Source: Fidelibacterota bacterium
GTDB lineage: Bacteria > Fidelibacterota > Marinisomatia > Marinisomatales > Marinisomataceae
Assembly (NCBI GenBank): GCA_045560295.1
Contig: JBJKZL010000004.1
Coordinates: 132,566-196,565, forward strand
Reading direction: 5' to 3'
DNA: 64,000 bases
This document shows, piece by piece, positions 17,806-29,020 of the stretch (its first letter is position 1; each line of letters starts with the position of its first letter). A program made the position numbers and the translations under genes. Under the pieces are notes generated by a model, which was given only the letters and a program-made list of their open reading frames with translations, was not told the origin of the DNA and ran no database searches.

Positions 17806-19778
17806 AGCAGTTAACTAGCCAGATTAATGAACATAATTATGCATATTATGTGTTAGATCAGCCATATTTAAGCGATGCAGAATACGATAATTTGTTCAGA
17901 GAACTAGAATCTCTTGAGAAAGCTAATCCAGCATTGATTGAACCCTCCTCTCCAACACAGAGAGTGGGCCACCCCATTAAAAGTGGTTTTCAGAATTATG
18001 ATCATGAGATTCCTATGCTCTCTTTATCTAATGCTATCAATGAGCAAGAAATTTCTGAATTCAATAAAAGAATTAATAAATGGTTAGATCAAAGTAAAAC
18101 CTTTTATGTGGCAGAACCAAAGATAGATGGTTTAGGGGTCTCATTAATTTATAAAAATGGTAAATTGGTCAGAGCACTAACCAGAGGAGATGGGTATTCA
18201 GGAGAAGATATAACACACAATATTAAGACTATTAATGCCGTCCCTATGATTTTAAGAGGAGAAAATTACCCAAGTTTTCTAGAAATTAGAGGGGAAATCT
18301 TCATGTTAAAATCTGATTTTGAAATCTTAAATAAAGCAAGAGCTCATGTTGGTGAAAAGCTATTTGCTAATGCTAGAAATGCAGCAGCTGGCAGTGTAAG
18401 GCAATTAGATCCAAATATTACTTCAAGAAGAAAGCTATCCATTTTTTGTTATGAGCTTGGTGCAAGTGATGGACTAGACGTGAATACTCATTGGGATATG
18501 TTGTCATATTTAAAATCAATAGGGTTGCCCGTGAATCCTTTAGCAAAAAAAATTGACAGTATAGATAATATGATTTTATATCACCAAGATTTAGAGGAGA
18601 AAAGAGATAACATCCCATATGAAATTGATGGTTCTGTAATCAAAGTAGATAGTTATACACTACGATCTAAACTGGGAGAGCGAGCTCGGTCTCCAAGATG
18701 GGCTATTGCTGCAAAATTCAAGTCTAAAAATGCAGAAACGCAGATTCTAGATATAATACTTCAAGTAGGTAGAACAGGAGTGATTACTCCAGTTGCAAAA
18801 ATTAAAGAAGTAGAGATATCTGGAGCAATTATTAGTAGTGCTACTTTGCACAATCAAGATGAAATTGATAAAAAAGACATTAGAATTAATGATTATGTAA
18901 TAGTAGAAAGATCAGGGGATGTTATACCTAAAATTATAAAAGTTCTGAAAGAAAAAAGACCTAAAAATACACAAAAGTTTGCAATTAGTGATTTTAACTG
19001 GCCTGACCCAAATTGCAAAATTGAACGTATTGATGGGGAAGCTGCTTACAGGTGTATAAATCCGAATTGTAAATCTAGGGTCATGGGAATGCTCGAACAT
19101 TTTTGCTCTAAAAATGCAATGAATATTGAAGGTATGGGTCCTCAAATTGTCAAACAATTACTAGAAGTAAATCTTTTAGAAAGCTTTGATGATATATATA
19201 GATTAAAATATGATGATTTAATTAAGTTAGATCGATTTAAGGATAAGTCTGCAATGAATCTTATTACTTCAATTAATGAATCTAAAACAACTACCTTTCC
19301 CAGATTTTTATTTGGACTTGGTATACCAAACGTCGGTCAACATATATCAAAAATATTAGACATTCACTGTCATTCTTCTATTGAATCTCTATCTAATCTT
19401 TCAATGGAAGATTTAGAAAATATAGATGGTATAGGTCTAATAGTAGCACAATCAATTATCGATTTCTTTAGTATCTCTTCAAATAAAGAAATAATCAATA
19501 ATTGCTTTACAAATGGCGTAATTATTAATAAGACTATTTTCAATAATGCTGGCGAACTAAAAGAAACTATATTTGTCATTACAGGAAGTTTCACAAAATA
19601 TAACCGCAATGAAATAAAAGATATGTTAGAGGTAAAAGGCGGTAAGGTTTCAAGCTCAGTTTCTTCTAAAACAAACTTTTTAATCGTCGGAGACAACGCA
19701 GGATCAAAACTAGAAAAAGCTCGAAAACTCAATATAAAAATTATGAATGAAGATCAGCTAGATAAAATTATTAATTAA
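17778..19778 (+). CDS. ligA: NAD-dependent DNA ligase
   Basis: 666 aa with adenylation motif EPKIDG, a Zn-finger cysteine cluster (CKIERIDGEAAYRCINPNC), HhH repeats, and a C-terminal BRCT domain (FVITGSF...). Confidence 0.95.
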   Translation: MEQKNKQKIKQLTSQINEHNYAYYVLDQPYLSDAEYDNLFRELESLEKANPALIEPSSPTQRVGHPIKSGFQNYDHEIPMLSLSNAINEQEISEFNKRINKWLDQSKTFYVAEPKIDGLGVSLIYKNGKLVRALTRGDGYSGEDITHNIKTINAVPMILRGENYPSFLEIRGEIFMLKSDFEILNKARAHVGEKLFANARNAAAGSVRQLDPNITSRRKLSIFCYELGASDGLDVNTHWDMLSYLKSIGLPVNPLAKKIDSIDNMILYHQDLEEKRDNIPYEIDGSVIKVDSYTLRSKLGERARSPRWAIAAKFKSKNAETQILDIILQVGRTGVITPVAKIKEVEISGAIISSATLHNQDEIDKKDIRINDYVIVERSGDVIPKIIKVLKEKRPKNTQKFAISDFNWPDPNCKIERIDGEAAYRCINPNCKSRVMGMLEHFCSKNAMNIEGMGPQIVKQLLEVNLLESFDDIYRLKYDDLIKLDRFKDKSAMNLITSINESKTTTFPRFLFGLGIPNVGQHISKILDIHCHSSIESLSNLSMEDLENIDGIGLIVAQSIIDFFSISSNKEIINNCFTNGVIINKTIFNNAGELKETIFVITGSFTKYNRNEIKDMLEVKGGKVSSSVSSKTNFLIVGDNAGSKLEKARKLNIKIMNEDQLDKIIN

Positions 19779-19816
19779 GTATGTTAAATCTTTATTATTT
19801 TCTGATTAGCATATGA

Positions 19817-19845
19817 TTGCATCTTTTGGAGAAGATATTTATAAT
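19817..19845 (+). promoter_or_regulatory. Sigma-70-like promoter (TTGCAT-N17-TATAAT) upstream of the ABC-2 transporter
   Basis: -35 ttgcat at 19817-19822, a 17-nt spacer, and -10 tataat at 19840-19845. Confidence 0.4.
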
Positions 19846-19902
19846 GAACTATATATAGTAGGTTCTTTAGGGGCTATATACAAAATTCAAAAGGGGAAAT
19901 AG

Positions 19903-20829
19903 TTGAAAGATCTTGGGATTGAAATAATTAATCTGCATAAAAAATATGATGATGTGTATGCTGTTAAAGGAATCGATCTATCTATTAAAAAGGGAGAATT
20001 CTATGGCCTTCTAGGACCAAATGGTGCTGGAAAATCTACAACTATTAATGCTATTACCAGCTTAGTGAAGCCGACAGACGGTGAAGTAAAAATTTTAGGG
20101 AAAAATATTGTATCCGATTTTAGATATGCTAGATCTCAAATTGGCATTGCTTCACAAGAATTAAGTAATGATTTCTTTTTCCCAGTAGAAGAGCTTTTAT
20201 ACTATCAAGCTGGATATTACGGAGTGACTAGAAAAAATGCAAAAAAGAGAATAGACTATATTCTTAATAAGCTTGGATTATATGAGCATCGAAATAAAAA
20301 AATGCGAATGCTTTCCGGGGGAATGAAAAGAAGACTACAAATTGCTAAAGCTTTAGTACATGATCCACAAATTCTCATATTAGATGAGCCCACAGCAGGT
20401 GTAGATGTAGAATTAAGACATGATTTATGGAAATATCTCAATGAGCTTCATTCAGAAGGTAAAACTATATTATTAACTACTCACTATATTGATGAAGCAG
20501 AGCTTTTATGTGAAAGGGTTGGAATTATTGATAACGGTAAATTGATTGTTGAAGACACAGTTAATAATTTAAAAAATATGGTTAATAAATCAGGGATAGT
20601 GATTCATACAAAAGAAAATTACCGAAATTTAGATACTATTTTAAAGGATTTTAGTCCTCTCGTGAATGAAAAAAAAATAGAAATCTTAACAAAAGAGCCA
20701 AACCTAGATTTACCAAGAATTATTTTAAAATTATCAGAAAATAATATAAGAATTGACGATGTCCAACTTCCTAAGGCTTCATTAGAAGATGTATTTATAG
20801 ATTTAACAGGGAGAAAAATTAATGATTAA
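19903..20829 (+). CDS. ABC transporter ATP-binding protein (ABC-2 type exporter)
   Basis: TTG start preceded by SD aagggga. Walker A GPNGAGKST, signature LSGGMKRR, Walker B ILILDEPT. Confidence 0.9.
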   Translation: MKDLGIEIINLHKKYDDVYAVKGIDLSIKKGEFYGLLGPNGAGKSTTINAITSLVKPTDGEVKILGKNIVSDFRYARSQIGIASQELSNDFFFPVEELLYYQAGYYGVTRKNAKKRIDYILNKLGLYEHRNKKMRMLSGGMKRRLQIAKALVHDPQILILDEPTAGVDVELRHDLWKYLNELHSEGKTILLTTHYIDEAELLCERVGIIDNGKLIVEDTVNNLKNMVNKSGIVIHTKENYRNLDTILKDFSPLVNEKKIEILTKEPNLDLPRIILKLSENNIRIDDVQLPKASLEDVFIDLTGRKIND

Positions 20830-21586
20830 TAATTGGGTGGGTTTTTATACTCTATCTTCAAAAGAAGTTATGAGATTTTTTTCTGTTTGGAGACAAACGA
20901 TTATACCTGGCGTAATTACAACGCTTTTATATATATTTGTATTTGGAGTTGCTTTAGAGAATAGAATTTCAGAAATCAGCGGAGTTTCTTATAAGATTTA
21001 TATTCTTCCAGGATTATTAATGATGAATGTTATTACAAATGCTACAGCAAATACAGCTTCCTCTATGTTGCAAATGAAGCTTCTTCAAACATTACCCGAG
21101 CTATTGATTACTCCATTATCTAGTCTAGAATTATCCTTATCATTTATTATTGGAGGAGCAGTCAGGGGTTTTGTAAATGGAACGCTAATATTATTAATTT
21201 GCTGGCTAGCAGGTATGCCAATTAATGATCTACCTTTAACTTTAATCTCAATTTTTTTAGTATCGTGGTCTTTTGCTAGCTTAGGCCTACTAATTGGACA
21301 GCTATCTGATTCTTGGGATCAATTAGCGCTAATTCAAAATTTTGTAATAACGCCGTTCAGTTTTCTAGGAGGAATTTTTTATTCCATAAAGATGTTACCG
21401 GCATGGGCAACAACTATTAGTCTGATAAATCCTATTTTTTATGCTATCAATACCTTAAGGTATACAACTTTGGGAGTTTCAGACGCTAACTTTCAGTCTT
21501 CTTTCATCTTTTTGATCATATTTACTACCATGTCTACTTTATTAGCAGTGCGAACAATGCATACAGGTAAAAAAATAAGGTTTTAA
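20822..21586 (+). CDS. ABC-2 type transporter permease
   Basis: 254 aa with about six hydrophobic helices. It overlaps the ATPase gene by 8 nt. Confidence 0.8.
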   Translation: MINNWVGFYTLSSKEVMRFFSVWRQTIIPGVITTLLYIFVFGVALENRISEISGVSYKIYILPGLLMMNVITNATANTASSMLQMKLLQTLPELLITPLSSLELSLSFIIGGAVRGFVNGTLILLICWLAGMPINDLPLTLISIFLVSWSFASLGLLIGQLSDSWDQLALIQNFVITPFSFLGGIFYSIKMLPAWATTISLINPIFYAINTLRYTTLGVSDANFQSSFIFLIIFTTMSTLLAVRTMHTGKKIRF

Positions 21587-21615
21587 TTTTAATATATATG
21601 AGGTAAAATCTACGC

Positions 21616-22710
21616 ATGCGAAATCAGCAAAAGGCTATCCTATTTTTAGAGGATGGTCTTTTTTTTAAAGGAAAAAGTCTTGGTTCGTTAGGGGAAACAT
21701 CTGGTGAAGTATGTTTTAATACTGGGATGACAGGATACCAAGAAATTTTAACAGACCCATCTTACGCAAAGCAAATGATTGTTATGTGTAGCCCACATAT
21801 TGGTAATTACGGTACCAATGAATCAGATGTAGAATCTTCAAACATTTATGCATCAGGATTTATTATCAAAAACGAATCACTATCTCCATCTAATTGGAGA
21901 TCTACTAGCTCACTAGAAGAATTTTTAAAATCAAATAAAGTTGTGGGGATACAAGATATTGATACTAGAGCTCTTACTATCCATATTAGAAATAATGGAT
22001 CAATGAGAGGAATTATTTCTACGAACGATTTTGATATTAATAGCTTAGCCAAGAAAATTAAGGATATACCTTCTATGGAAGGTTTAGATTTAGCTAAGGA
22101 AGTTTCTAGAAGCGAAAAAACAATTATTTGCAATGTAGATAATCCAAAGTATAAAATTGCAGCTATTGACTATGGTATGAAAAGTAATATTTATGATATA
22201 TTGCTAGCAAATAATGCTGAAGTAACTATTTTCCCAGCCTCTGTTAAAGCAGAAGAGATATTGAATTATAATCCTGATGGTATATTTCTTTCGAATGGAC
22301 CAGGTGACCCATCTGCAGTATCATATGGAATCGAAACAGTTAAAAAATTATTAGGGACAAAACCTATCTTTGGTATTTGTCTTGGTCATCAAATCTTAGC
22401 ACTTGCACTAGAAGCTAAAACATTTAAAATGAAATTTGGCCACCGAGGAATTAATCAACCAGTCAAAAATTTAAAAACTAATCAGATTGAAATTACGTCA
22501 CAGAATCATGGTTTTGCAGTTAGCAATGACTCTTTAGCATCTAATATTACAGTAACACATACGCATCTGAATGACAATACTATTGCAGGAATTGAATGTG
22601 AAGATATGAGGGCATACTCAGTCCAATATCATCCAGAAGCTAGTCCAGGCCCACACGATTCAAGATATGTTTTTAAAAAATTTTTTAACATGATGGATTC
22701 CAATGCCTAA
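21616..22710 (+). CDS. carA: Carbamoyl-phosphate synthase small (glutaminase) subunit
   Basis: 364 aa with the catalytic-Cys motif GICLGHQ and a YHPE-type C-terminus. carB follows. Confidence 0.95.
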   Translation: MRNQQKAILFLEDGLFFKGKSLGSLGETSGEVCFNTGMTGYQEILTDPSYAKQMIVMCSPHIGNYGTNESDVESSNIYASGFIIKNESLSPSNWRSTSSLEEFLKSNKVVGIQDIDTRALTIHIRNNGSMRGIISTNDFDINSLAKKIKDIPSMEGLDLAKEVSRSEKTIICNVDNPKYKIAAIDYGMKSNIYDILLANNAEVTIFPASVKAEEILNYNPDGIFLSNGPGDPSAVSYGIETVKKLLGTKPIFGICLGHQILALALEAKTFKMKFGHRGINQPVKNLKTNQIEITSQNHGFAVSNDSLASNITVTHTHLNDNTIAGIECEDMRAYSVQYHPEASPGPHDSRYVFKKFFNMMDSNA

Positions 22711-25700
22711 AAGAGAAGATATCAAAACAATTTTAGTCATAGGTGCAGGGCCGATTGTCATTGGTCAAGGCTGTGAATTTGATTATTCAGGAACGCAAGC
22801 TATTAAAGCATTAAAAGAGGAAGGATATAGAGTTGTATTAATTAACTCTAACCCAGCTACCATTATGACAGATCCTCAATTCTCTGATAGAACATATATT
22901 GAGCCTATTACATTAGAATATGTTGAAGAAATTATTCAAAAAGAAAAGCCAGATGCTATATTGCCTACTGTTGGAGGGCAAACAGCTTTAAATGTAGCAA
23001 TGGATTTAAATGATAAGGGAATTCTTGAAAAATATAATGTAGAGCTCATTGGAGCTAATAAACAAGCTATTGAAACAGCTGAAAGTAGAGAAAAGTTTAA
23101 GGAAGCAATGCTTGAGATTGGTTTAGATTTGCCATATGGGCATACTATTCAATCATTGGAAGAGGGAAAAGATTTGCTTGATGATATTTCCTTACCTGCA
23201 ATTATTAGGCCTTCTTTTACTTTAGGAGGATCGGGTGGTTCAGTTGCATACAATGAAAAAGAGTTTGAAGATTCTGTTGAAAAAGGGTTAAAGGAAAGTC
23301 CTACAGGTCAGGTATTGGTGGAAGAGTACTTGTTAGGCTGGAAAGAATATGAACTAGAGTTGATACGAGACCCTAATGATAACGTCATTATTATTTGCTC
23401 TATTGAAAATATAGATCCTATGGGAATACATACAGGAGATTCTATTACTGTTGCTCCAGCAATGACTTTAACAGATAAAGAATTTCAGCATATGAGGAAT
23501 GCTGCAATACAATGTATTAGAAAAATTGGAGTTGATACGGGGGGTTCGAATGTACAGTTTGCTATTAATCCAAAAGATGGTAGAATGGTGATTATCGAAA
23601 TGAACCCTAGAGTTAGTCGTTCATCTGCACTTGCCTCGAAGGCAACTGGTTTCCCAATTGCAAAAATAGCTGCCAAATTAGCAGTTGGATTTTCCTTAGA
23701 TGAATTAAAAAATGATATTACTAACAAAACACTAGCTGCGTTTGAACCAACAATCGATTATGTCGTAACTAAGTTACCTAGATTTGATTTTGAAAAATTC
23801 TCTTCTGCCTCTGGTAAGTTAGGGGTACAAATGCAATCTGTGGGTGAAGCAATGTCCATTGGAAGAACATTCAGAGAATCATTCCAAAAAGCATTTAGAT
23901 CCTTAGAGTTAAACCTACCAGGACTTTCTACTAAAGACCCAAGAAATGAAGATCCAGATATTAAACGTTATCGCTCTCTAGATATATCTTCTCTTAATGA
24001 TGGAAGTGCATTCAGAATTTTAAAAGTGAAAGAAGCAATAAAAGAAGAATTTACAATTGAAGAAATACATAATAACACTGGTATCGATCCCTGGTTCTTA
24101 AATGAAATAGCAGAGATTGTTTATTTGGAAAATCATCATAACTCATTAGATGATTTAGAATTGCTGAAAAAAAATGGATTTTCAGATATTCAAGTAGCTG
24201 CACTTACTGATAAAACAGTTGAAGAAATTAGGCAGATTAGAAAAGAAAGAGACTTAAAGCCAGTTTATAAAGTTGTAGATACATGTGCCGGTGAGTTTAC
24301 TGCAGAAACTCCATATTCATACTCTACTTATGAATCTACGCATGACATTACACCACTTGATGGACCAAAGGTAATGATCTTGGGTGGGGGTCCAAATCGT
24401 ATTGGACAAGGAATTGAATTTGATTATTGCTGTGTTCAAGCAGTTTATGGGCTTAGAGAAGCTGGATATAAATCCATTATGGTGAACTGTAACCCAGAAA
24501 CCGTTTCAACTGATTTTGATTTAGCAGATCGACTATACTTTGAACCAATTACATTTGAAGATATTATGAATATTATTGAATTTGAAAAACCTGATGGAGT
24601 TCTTGTACAATTTGGAGGTCAAACACCCTTAAAAATTGCAGAGCAATTAACAAATGAAGGTGTCAAAATATTTGGTACATCTTCTGCTAGCATTGATTTA
24701 GCAGAAAATAGAGAAGCATTTGCCAGTATAATTAAAAAGTTAAAAATTCAAATTCCAGAATATTGTATTGCAAAAAATTATGAAGAAATTATCAATTTCT
24801 CAGAAATTGCTCAATTCCCAGTATTAGTAAGGCCAAGCTATGTTTTGGGTGGTAGAGCAATGCAGATTGTTTATAATAAAGAACAACTTGTAGATTATGT
24901 TTTCCGCTCAGCCGAAGCTACAAATGATCATCCAATACTAATTGATCAATTTATTGAAAATGCTTTTGAATTTGATGTTGATGCTTTATCTGATGGCGAA
25001 GAAGTTTTTGTTGCTGGTATTATGCAACATATTGAAGAAGCAGGTGTTCATTCAGGAGATTCATCATGTGTCTTACCCCCTTATGATATGAGTAGCAAAG
25101 TTAAAAAAGATATCATAGATATGACAACCAAATTAGCACTAGAGTTAAATGTGATCGGGTTAATTAATTTACAATTTGCAGTAAAAGATAATGAAGTATA
25201 TGTTCTTGAAGTAAATCCAAGATCAAGTAGGACTGTGCCTTTTGTGAGTAAATATAGCAATGTACCTTTAGCAAATATCGCTGCACAATTATCTGTAGGA
25301 AGAAAAATTAGTGATTTTAATCTAAATGAAAATCGCTTTAAACATACTGCTGTTAAAAAAGCAGTACTCCCATTTAAAAAATTCAAAGATGAGAAAGTTT
25401 TTTTAGGTCCAGAGATGAAATCAACAGGCGAGGTGATGGGAATTGATACTGAACCAGGGATAGCATTCTTAAAAGCGATGCAATCTGATGGATATACCGT
25501 TCCAAGAAGTGGTACAGCCTTTGTTTCAATAACTGATGTAGATAAAAAAAGAGCACTTCCAATAATTAAAGATTTGGAAAAACTCAATTTTACAATTATT
25601 GCTACAAAAGGAACTGCGGAATTTTTATTAGAAAATAATATCAACTGTTCTCCCGTTTTTAAAGTTGGAGAAGGTCGCCCAAATGTAGTAGATGAAATTT

Positions 25701-25900
25701 TGAACGATAATATCCACTTAGTAATTAATACACCGCAAGGCGCTCAATCAAGATATGATGAAGAGGCTATTGGAAAGACTTCAGTAATGAAAAATGTTTT
25801 AACCATTACGACTTTAGCTGGAGCCAAAGCAGCTATAGAAGCTATGTCAAACATGAATAAGATTAGAGTTGCTCCTCTGCAAGAGTATTTTAAACAATAA
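22703..25900 (+). CDS. carB: Carbamoyl-phosphate synthase large subunit
   Basis: 1065 aa with duplicated ATP-grasp halves ([14 protein letters not shown] / [14 protein letters not shown]) and a C-terminal MGS-like domain. Confidence 0.97.
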   Translation: MPKREDIKTILVIGAGPIVIGQGCEFDYSGTQAIKALKEEGYRVVLINSNPATIMTDPQFSDRTYIEPITLEYVEEIIQKEKPDAILPTVGGQTALNVAMDLNDKGILEKYNVELIGANKQAIETAESREKFKEAMLEIGLDLPYGHTIQSLEEGKDLLDDISLPAIIRPSFTLGGSGGSVAYNEKEFEDSVEKGLKESPTGQVLVEEYLLGWKEYELELIRDPNDNVIIICSIENIDPMGIHTGDSITVAPAMTLTDKEFQHMRNAAIQCIRKIGVDTGGSNVQFAINPKDGRMVIIEMNPRVSRSSALASKATGFPIAKIAAKLAVGFSLDELKNDITNKTLAAFEPTIDYVVTKLPRFDFEKFSSASGKLGVQMQSVGEAMSIGRTFRESFQKAFRSLELNLPGLSTKDPRNEDPDIKRYRSLDISSLNDGSAFRILKVKEAIKEEFTIEEIHNNTGIDPWFLNEIAEIVYLENHHNSLDDLELLKKNGFSDIQVAALTDKTVEEIRQIRKERDLKPVYKVVDTCAGEFTAETPYSYSTYESTHDITPLDGPKVMILGGGPNRIGQGIEFDYCCVQAVYGLREAGYKSIMVNCNPETVSTDFDLADRLYFEPITFEDIMNIIEFEKPDGVLVQFGGQTPLKIAEQLTNEGVKIFGTSSASIDLAENREAFASIIKKLKIQIPEYCIAKNYEEIINFSEIAQFPVLVRPSYVLGGRAMQIVYNKEQLVDYVFRSAEATNDHPILIDQFIENAFEFDVDALSDGEEVFVAGIMQHIEEAGVHSGDSSCVLPPYDMSSKVKKDIIDMTTKLALELNVIGLINLQFAVKDNEVYVLEVNPRSSRTVPFVSKYSNVPLANIAAQLSVGRKISDFNLNENRFKHTAVKKAVLPFKKFKDEKVFLGPEMKSTGEVMGIDTEPGIAFLKAMQSDGYTVPRSGTAFVSITDVDKKRALPIIKDLEKLNFTIIATKGTAEFLLENNINCSPVFKVGEGRPNVVDEILNDNIHLVINTPQGAQSRYDEEAIGKTSVMKNVLTITTLAGAKAAIEAMSNMNKIRVAPLQEYFKQ

Positions 25901-28717
25901 TTATTTATAGCTATCTATGTCTGGACAGACACAGAAGAAATTTCTATCTCCATAAGCATTATCAATTCTTGATACATATGGCCAGAATTTATTTTCTTTA
26001 ATCCATTCTTTTGGGAATACAGCTTTATTTTTGCTATAAGGACGATCCCACTCTTCACAAATATCTTGAATTGTATGTGGAGCATTTACAAGAACATTGT
26101 TATCTTGAGGAACTTTGCCTTCCGCAATTTCATCAATCTCCTTTTTTATTTGAATCATCGCTGAACAGAATCTATCTAACTCATCTTTAGACTCACTTTC
26201 AGTAGGTTCAATCATTAATGTCCCTGGTATAGGCCATGACATTGTTGGTGCATGATATCCATAATCAATTAATCTTTTTGCAATATCTTCATTAGTAATG
26301 CCTGAAGTATTTTTGAATTCTCTACAGTCAATAATAAACTCATGCGCATTTAGCCCCGTGGTACCACGATATAAGATTGTATAATCGTTTTCCAGCTCTT
26401 TTGCCATGTAGTTTGCATTTAAAATTGCTATCTGAGATGCTTTTAGTAACCCTTGACCAGCCATTAATTTCATATAAATATATGATATTAATAATATACT
26501 CGCACTTCCATAAGGAGAAGATGATACAGAGTAAGAATAATCTTCATCTGTTAAATAATGCTTAGGAAGGTGAGGTTTAAGTTTATCATTTACACATATA
26601 GGGCCCATTCCTGGTCCACCACCTCCATGAGGTATACAAAAAGTTTTATGTAAATTAATATGCATTACATCTGCACCAAAATTACCTGGTTTACACACTC
26701 CAACCATCGCATTTAGATTTGCACCATCCATATACACTAAACCACCATTATCATGAACTAAAGCACAAATTTCATCAATGTTATGTTCAAAAACTCCATG
26801 TGTAGATGGATAGGTTACCATTAAAGAGGATAATTTGTCTCCTGCCTCTTTAACCTTACTTGTTAAATCTTCAAAATCAACATTACCATTATCGTCACAT
26901 TTCACAATTACAACTTTTAAGCCAGCCATAATTGCGCTAGCAGGATTTGTTCCATGTGCAGATTCTGGTATAATACATACATTTCTATCAGAATTATTTT
27001 CCTTATGATATTGCTGAATTGTCAATAGACCAGCATATTCTCCCTGTGCTCCAGAATTAGGTTGAAATGATACTGCATCAAATCCTGTAACTTTATATAA
27101 CATGACCTCTAGTTGGTCAATAATAGTTTTATATCCTATTGTTTGATTAGTTGGAGCAAAAGGGTGGATACTGTTGAACTCTGGCCAACTAATGGGAATC
27201 ATTTCTACAGTTGCATTTAACTTCATAGTACATGAGCCTAATGGAATCATGCTATGATTAAGAGATAAATCGCGCTTTTCTAGCTTATGAATATATCTTA
27301 ACATCTCAGTTTCTGAATGGATACTTTTAAAAATATTATGTTGTAAAGTAAGTTCATCCCTTGTTGTAACAAACGTTGGATTAGGTTGTTTTGATTTGGA
27401 ATCTGCAACAAATAAGCTAGCTATCTCCTCTACTTCGGCATTAGAAGTTTTTTCATCTAATGAGATACCTATCAATCCTCCATTATGATATTTAAAATTA
27501 TATAGTTTATCTAAAGCTCTATGTTGTAGAGTTTTGAGATCTAAATTATTTAATTTGATAGATAAAGTATCAAAATATGAGTTATTATTTAAAATAATCT
27601 CATGCCCTTGATAGCTTAATTTTTCTGCAAGATTTTTAGTGTGACTGTGAATATTATTTGCAATTTCTTTTAATTTTTCTGGGCCATGAAAAATAGCGTA
27701 CATACTTGAGATAATTGCAAGCAGGACTTGAGCAGTGCAAATATTTGAAGTAGCTTTTTCTCTTCTAATGTGTTGCTCTCTAGTTTGTAAAGTCAGTCTA
27801 TAAGCTTGATTTTCTTTTCTATCTTGAGAGACGCCAACAATTCTTCCAGGAATATCTCGTTTAAATTCTTCTGTAGTTGTCATAAAGGCTGCATGTGGAC
27901 CACCGTAACCTAATGGCACTCCAAAACGCTGACTATTTCCTACCGCAACATCTGCTTTAAATGAGCCAGGAGCTTTAAATAGCTGTAAACACATTAAGTC
28001 TGTAGCAAAAATTACCTTACATTTAGATTGATGTGCTGCATCCGTAATTTTTTTATATGCCTCAGGATTAGCAATTCTTCCAAAACGATCTGGATATTGA
28101 ACAATACATCCAAAGGCATCTGTATAATCAAAATTTTCATATGATGTAATCTCAATTTCAATACCAAGAGGCTCTGCTCTAGATACAATAACATCAATAG
28201 TTTGTTGAAAGCAGTTTTCATCAATAAGAAACTTATTAGAGCTAGATCTATTTTTTCTGTAGAACATTAGCATTGCTTCACTCGCTGCAGTTCCTTCATC
28301 CAATAAAGACGCATTCGCTATAGGTAGTTCACAAATTTGTGATATCATTGTTTGGTAATTAAGCAATGCTTCAAGTCGACCTTGAGATATTTCAGGCTGA
28401 TAGGGGGTATATTGCGTATACCATCCTGGGCTTTCTAAAATATTTCTCAATACAACATTTGGCGTAATAGTATCATAATAACCTTGACCAATCAGAGAAC
28501 GAAAAATCTTATTTTTTGAACCGAGTTCTTTTACATATTTCAAAATATCATTTTCAGAAAAATTTTCATTTCCAATAGATTCGCCATCAATATCCAAAAT
28601 ATTTTTTGGCACAATTTTCTCAAGCAGATCATTTAAGCTATTGCATTCGAGAGCAGTAAGCATTTCTGTGACTTCTTTAGAAGTAGGACCGATATGTTTA
28701 TTGTGAAATTCAGACAT
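25901..28717 (-). CDS. gcvP: Glycine dehydrogenase (decarboxylating), single-polypeptide P protein
   Basis: 938 aa with N- and C-terminal P-protein halves fused. The PLP-lysine region is HINLHKTFCIPHGGGGPG. Confidence 0.95.
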   Translation of the reverse strand: MSEFHNKHIGPTSKEVTEMLTALECNSLNDLLEKIVPKNILDIDGESIGNENFSENDILKYVKELGSKNKIFRSLIGQGYYDTITPNVVLRNILESPGWYTQYTPYQPEISQGRLEALLNYQTMISQICELPIANASLLDEGTAASEAMLMFYRKNRSSSNKFLIDENCFQQTIDVIVSRAEPLGIEIEITSYENFDYTDAFGCIVQYPDRFGRIANPEAYKKITDAAHQSKCKVIFATDLMCLQLFKAPGSFKADVAVGNSQRFGVPLGYGGPHAAFMTTTEEFKRDIPGRIVGVSQDRKENQAYRLTLQTREQHIRREKATSNICTAQVLLAIISSMYAIFHGPEKLKEIANNIHSHTKNLAEKLSYQGHEIILNNNSYFDTLSIKLNNLDLKTLQHRALDKLYNFKYHNGGLIGISLDEKTSNAEVEEIASLFVADSKSKQPNPTFVTTRDELTLQHNIFKSIHSETEMLRYIHKLEKRDLSLNHSMIPLGSCTMKLNATVEMIPISWPEFNSIHPFAPTNQTIGYKTIIDQLEVMLYKVTGFDAVSFQPNSGAQGEYAGLLTIQQYHKENNSDRNVCIIPESAHGTNPASAIMAGLKVVIVKCDDNGNVDFEDLTSKVKEAGDKLSSLMVTYPSTHGVFEHNIDEICALVHDNGGLVYMDGANLNAMVGVCKPGNFGADVMHINLHKTFCIPHGGGGPGMGPICVNDKLKPHLPKHYLTDEDYSYSVSSSPYGSASILLISYIYMKLMAGQGLLKASQIAILNANYMAKELENDYTILYRGTTGLNAHEFIIDCREFKNTSGITNEDIAKRLIDYGYHAPTMSWPIPGTLMIEPTESESKDELDRFCSAMIQIKKEIDEIAEGKVPQDNNVLVNAPHTIQDICEEWDRPYSKNKAVFPKEWIKENKFWPYVSRIDNAYGDRNFFCVCPDIDSYK

Positions 28718-28745
28718 TGTTATTAATCCTTTTAATAAAAATTAG

Positions 28746-28817
28746 TACCGACGGAAGGACTCGAACCTACAACCAAGGGCTTAAAAGGCCCCTGCTCTAC
28801 CATTGAGCTACGTCGGC
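28746..28817 (-). tRNA. tRNA-Lys (anticodon UUU)
   Basis: The reverse complement folds as a cloverleaf: GCCGACG-TA-GCTC-AATGGTA-GAGC-A-GGGGC-CTTTTAA-GCCCT-TGGTT-GTAGG-TTCGAGT-CCTTC-CGTCGGT-A. The anticodon loop CTTTTAA gives UUU. CCA is not encoded. There is one U-U mismatch in the T stem and a G1-U72 wobble pair. Confidence 0.9.
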
Positions 28818-28984
28818 AAAACTAGGCATTAATTTAAGGTTGAGAATCCAGATTCGGTACTGGAAAAAAGAGATTTTTAATTTTTTTTTTCAGATTTTTA
28901 CATTTAAGTATTGCCCAATTACATAAAACTCTATTAGTTTAGAGTAGTCTTTAATTAGATATTGTACGCAAATACAAGCAATCG

Positions 28985-29020
28985 AAAAGGCTCTGAGGTT
29001 GGCGCTACAGAGCCTTTTTT
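28985..29020 (+). terminator. Orphan intrinsic terminator (bidirectional potential) with no upstream ORF
   Basis: ggctctg (28989-28995) pairs with cagagcc (29008-29014) around a 12-nt loop. T6 at 29015-29020 and A4 at 28985-28988. Confidence 0.6.

Noticed and set aside
25800-26000. Replication terminus / dif site at the switch from mostly plus-strand genes (left) to mostly minus-strand genes (right).
   Set aside because: The junction has zero intergenic bases and no XerCD-type dif-like sequence that I could see. G-versus-C strand asymmetry here is confounded by coding-strand purine bias. Gene orientation is also mixed elsewhere in the window (1816-3387, 35639-37691, 53091-55014).
28818-29000. 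Possible glycine riboswitch upstream of gcvP (minus strand).
   Set aside because: I read the reverse complement and found none of the conserved glycine-aptamer elements (GGAGAG, CCGAAGGGGCAA-like, CUCAGGCAAAAGGAC-like). A tRNA also lies between this region and gcvP.
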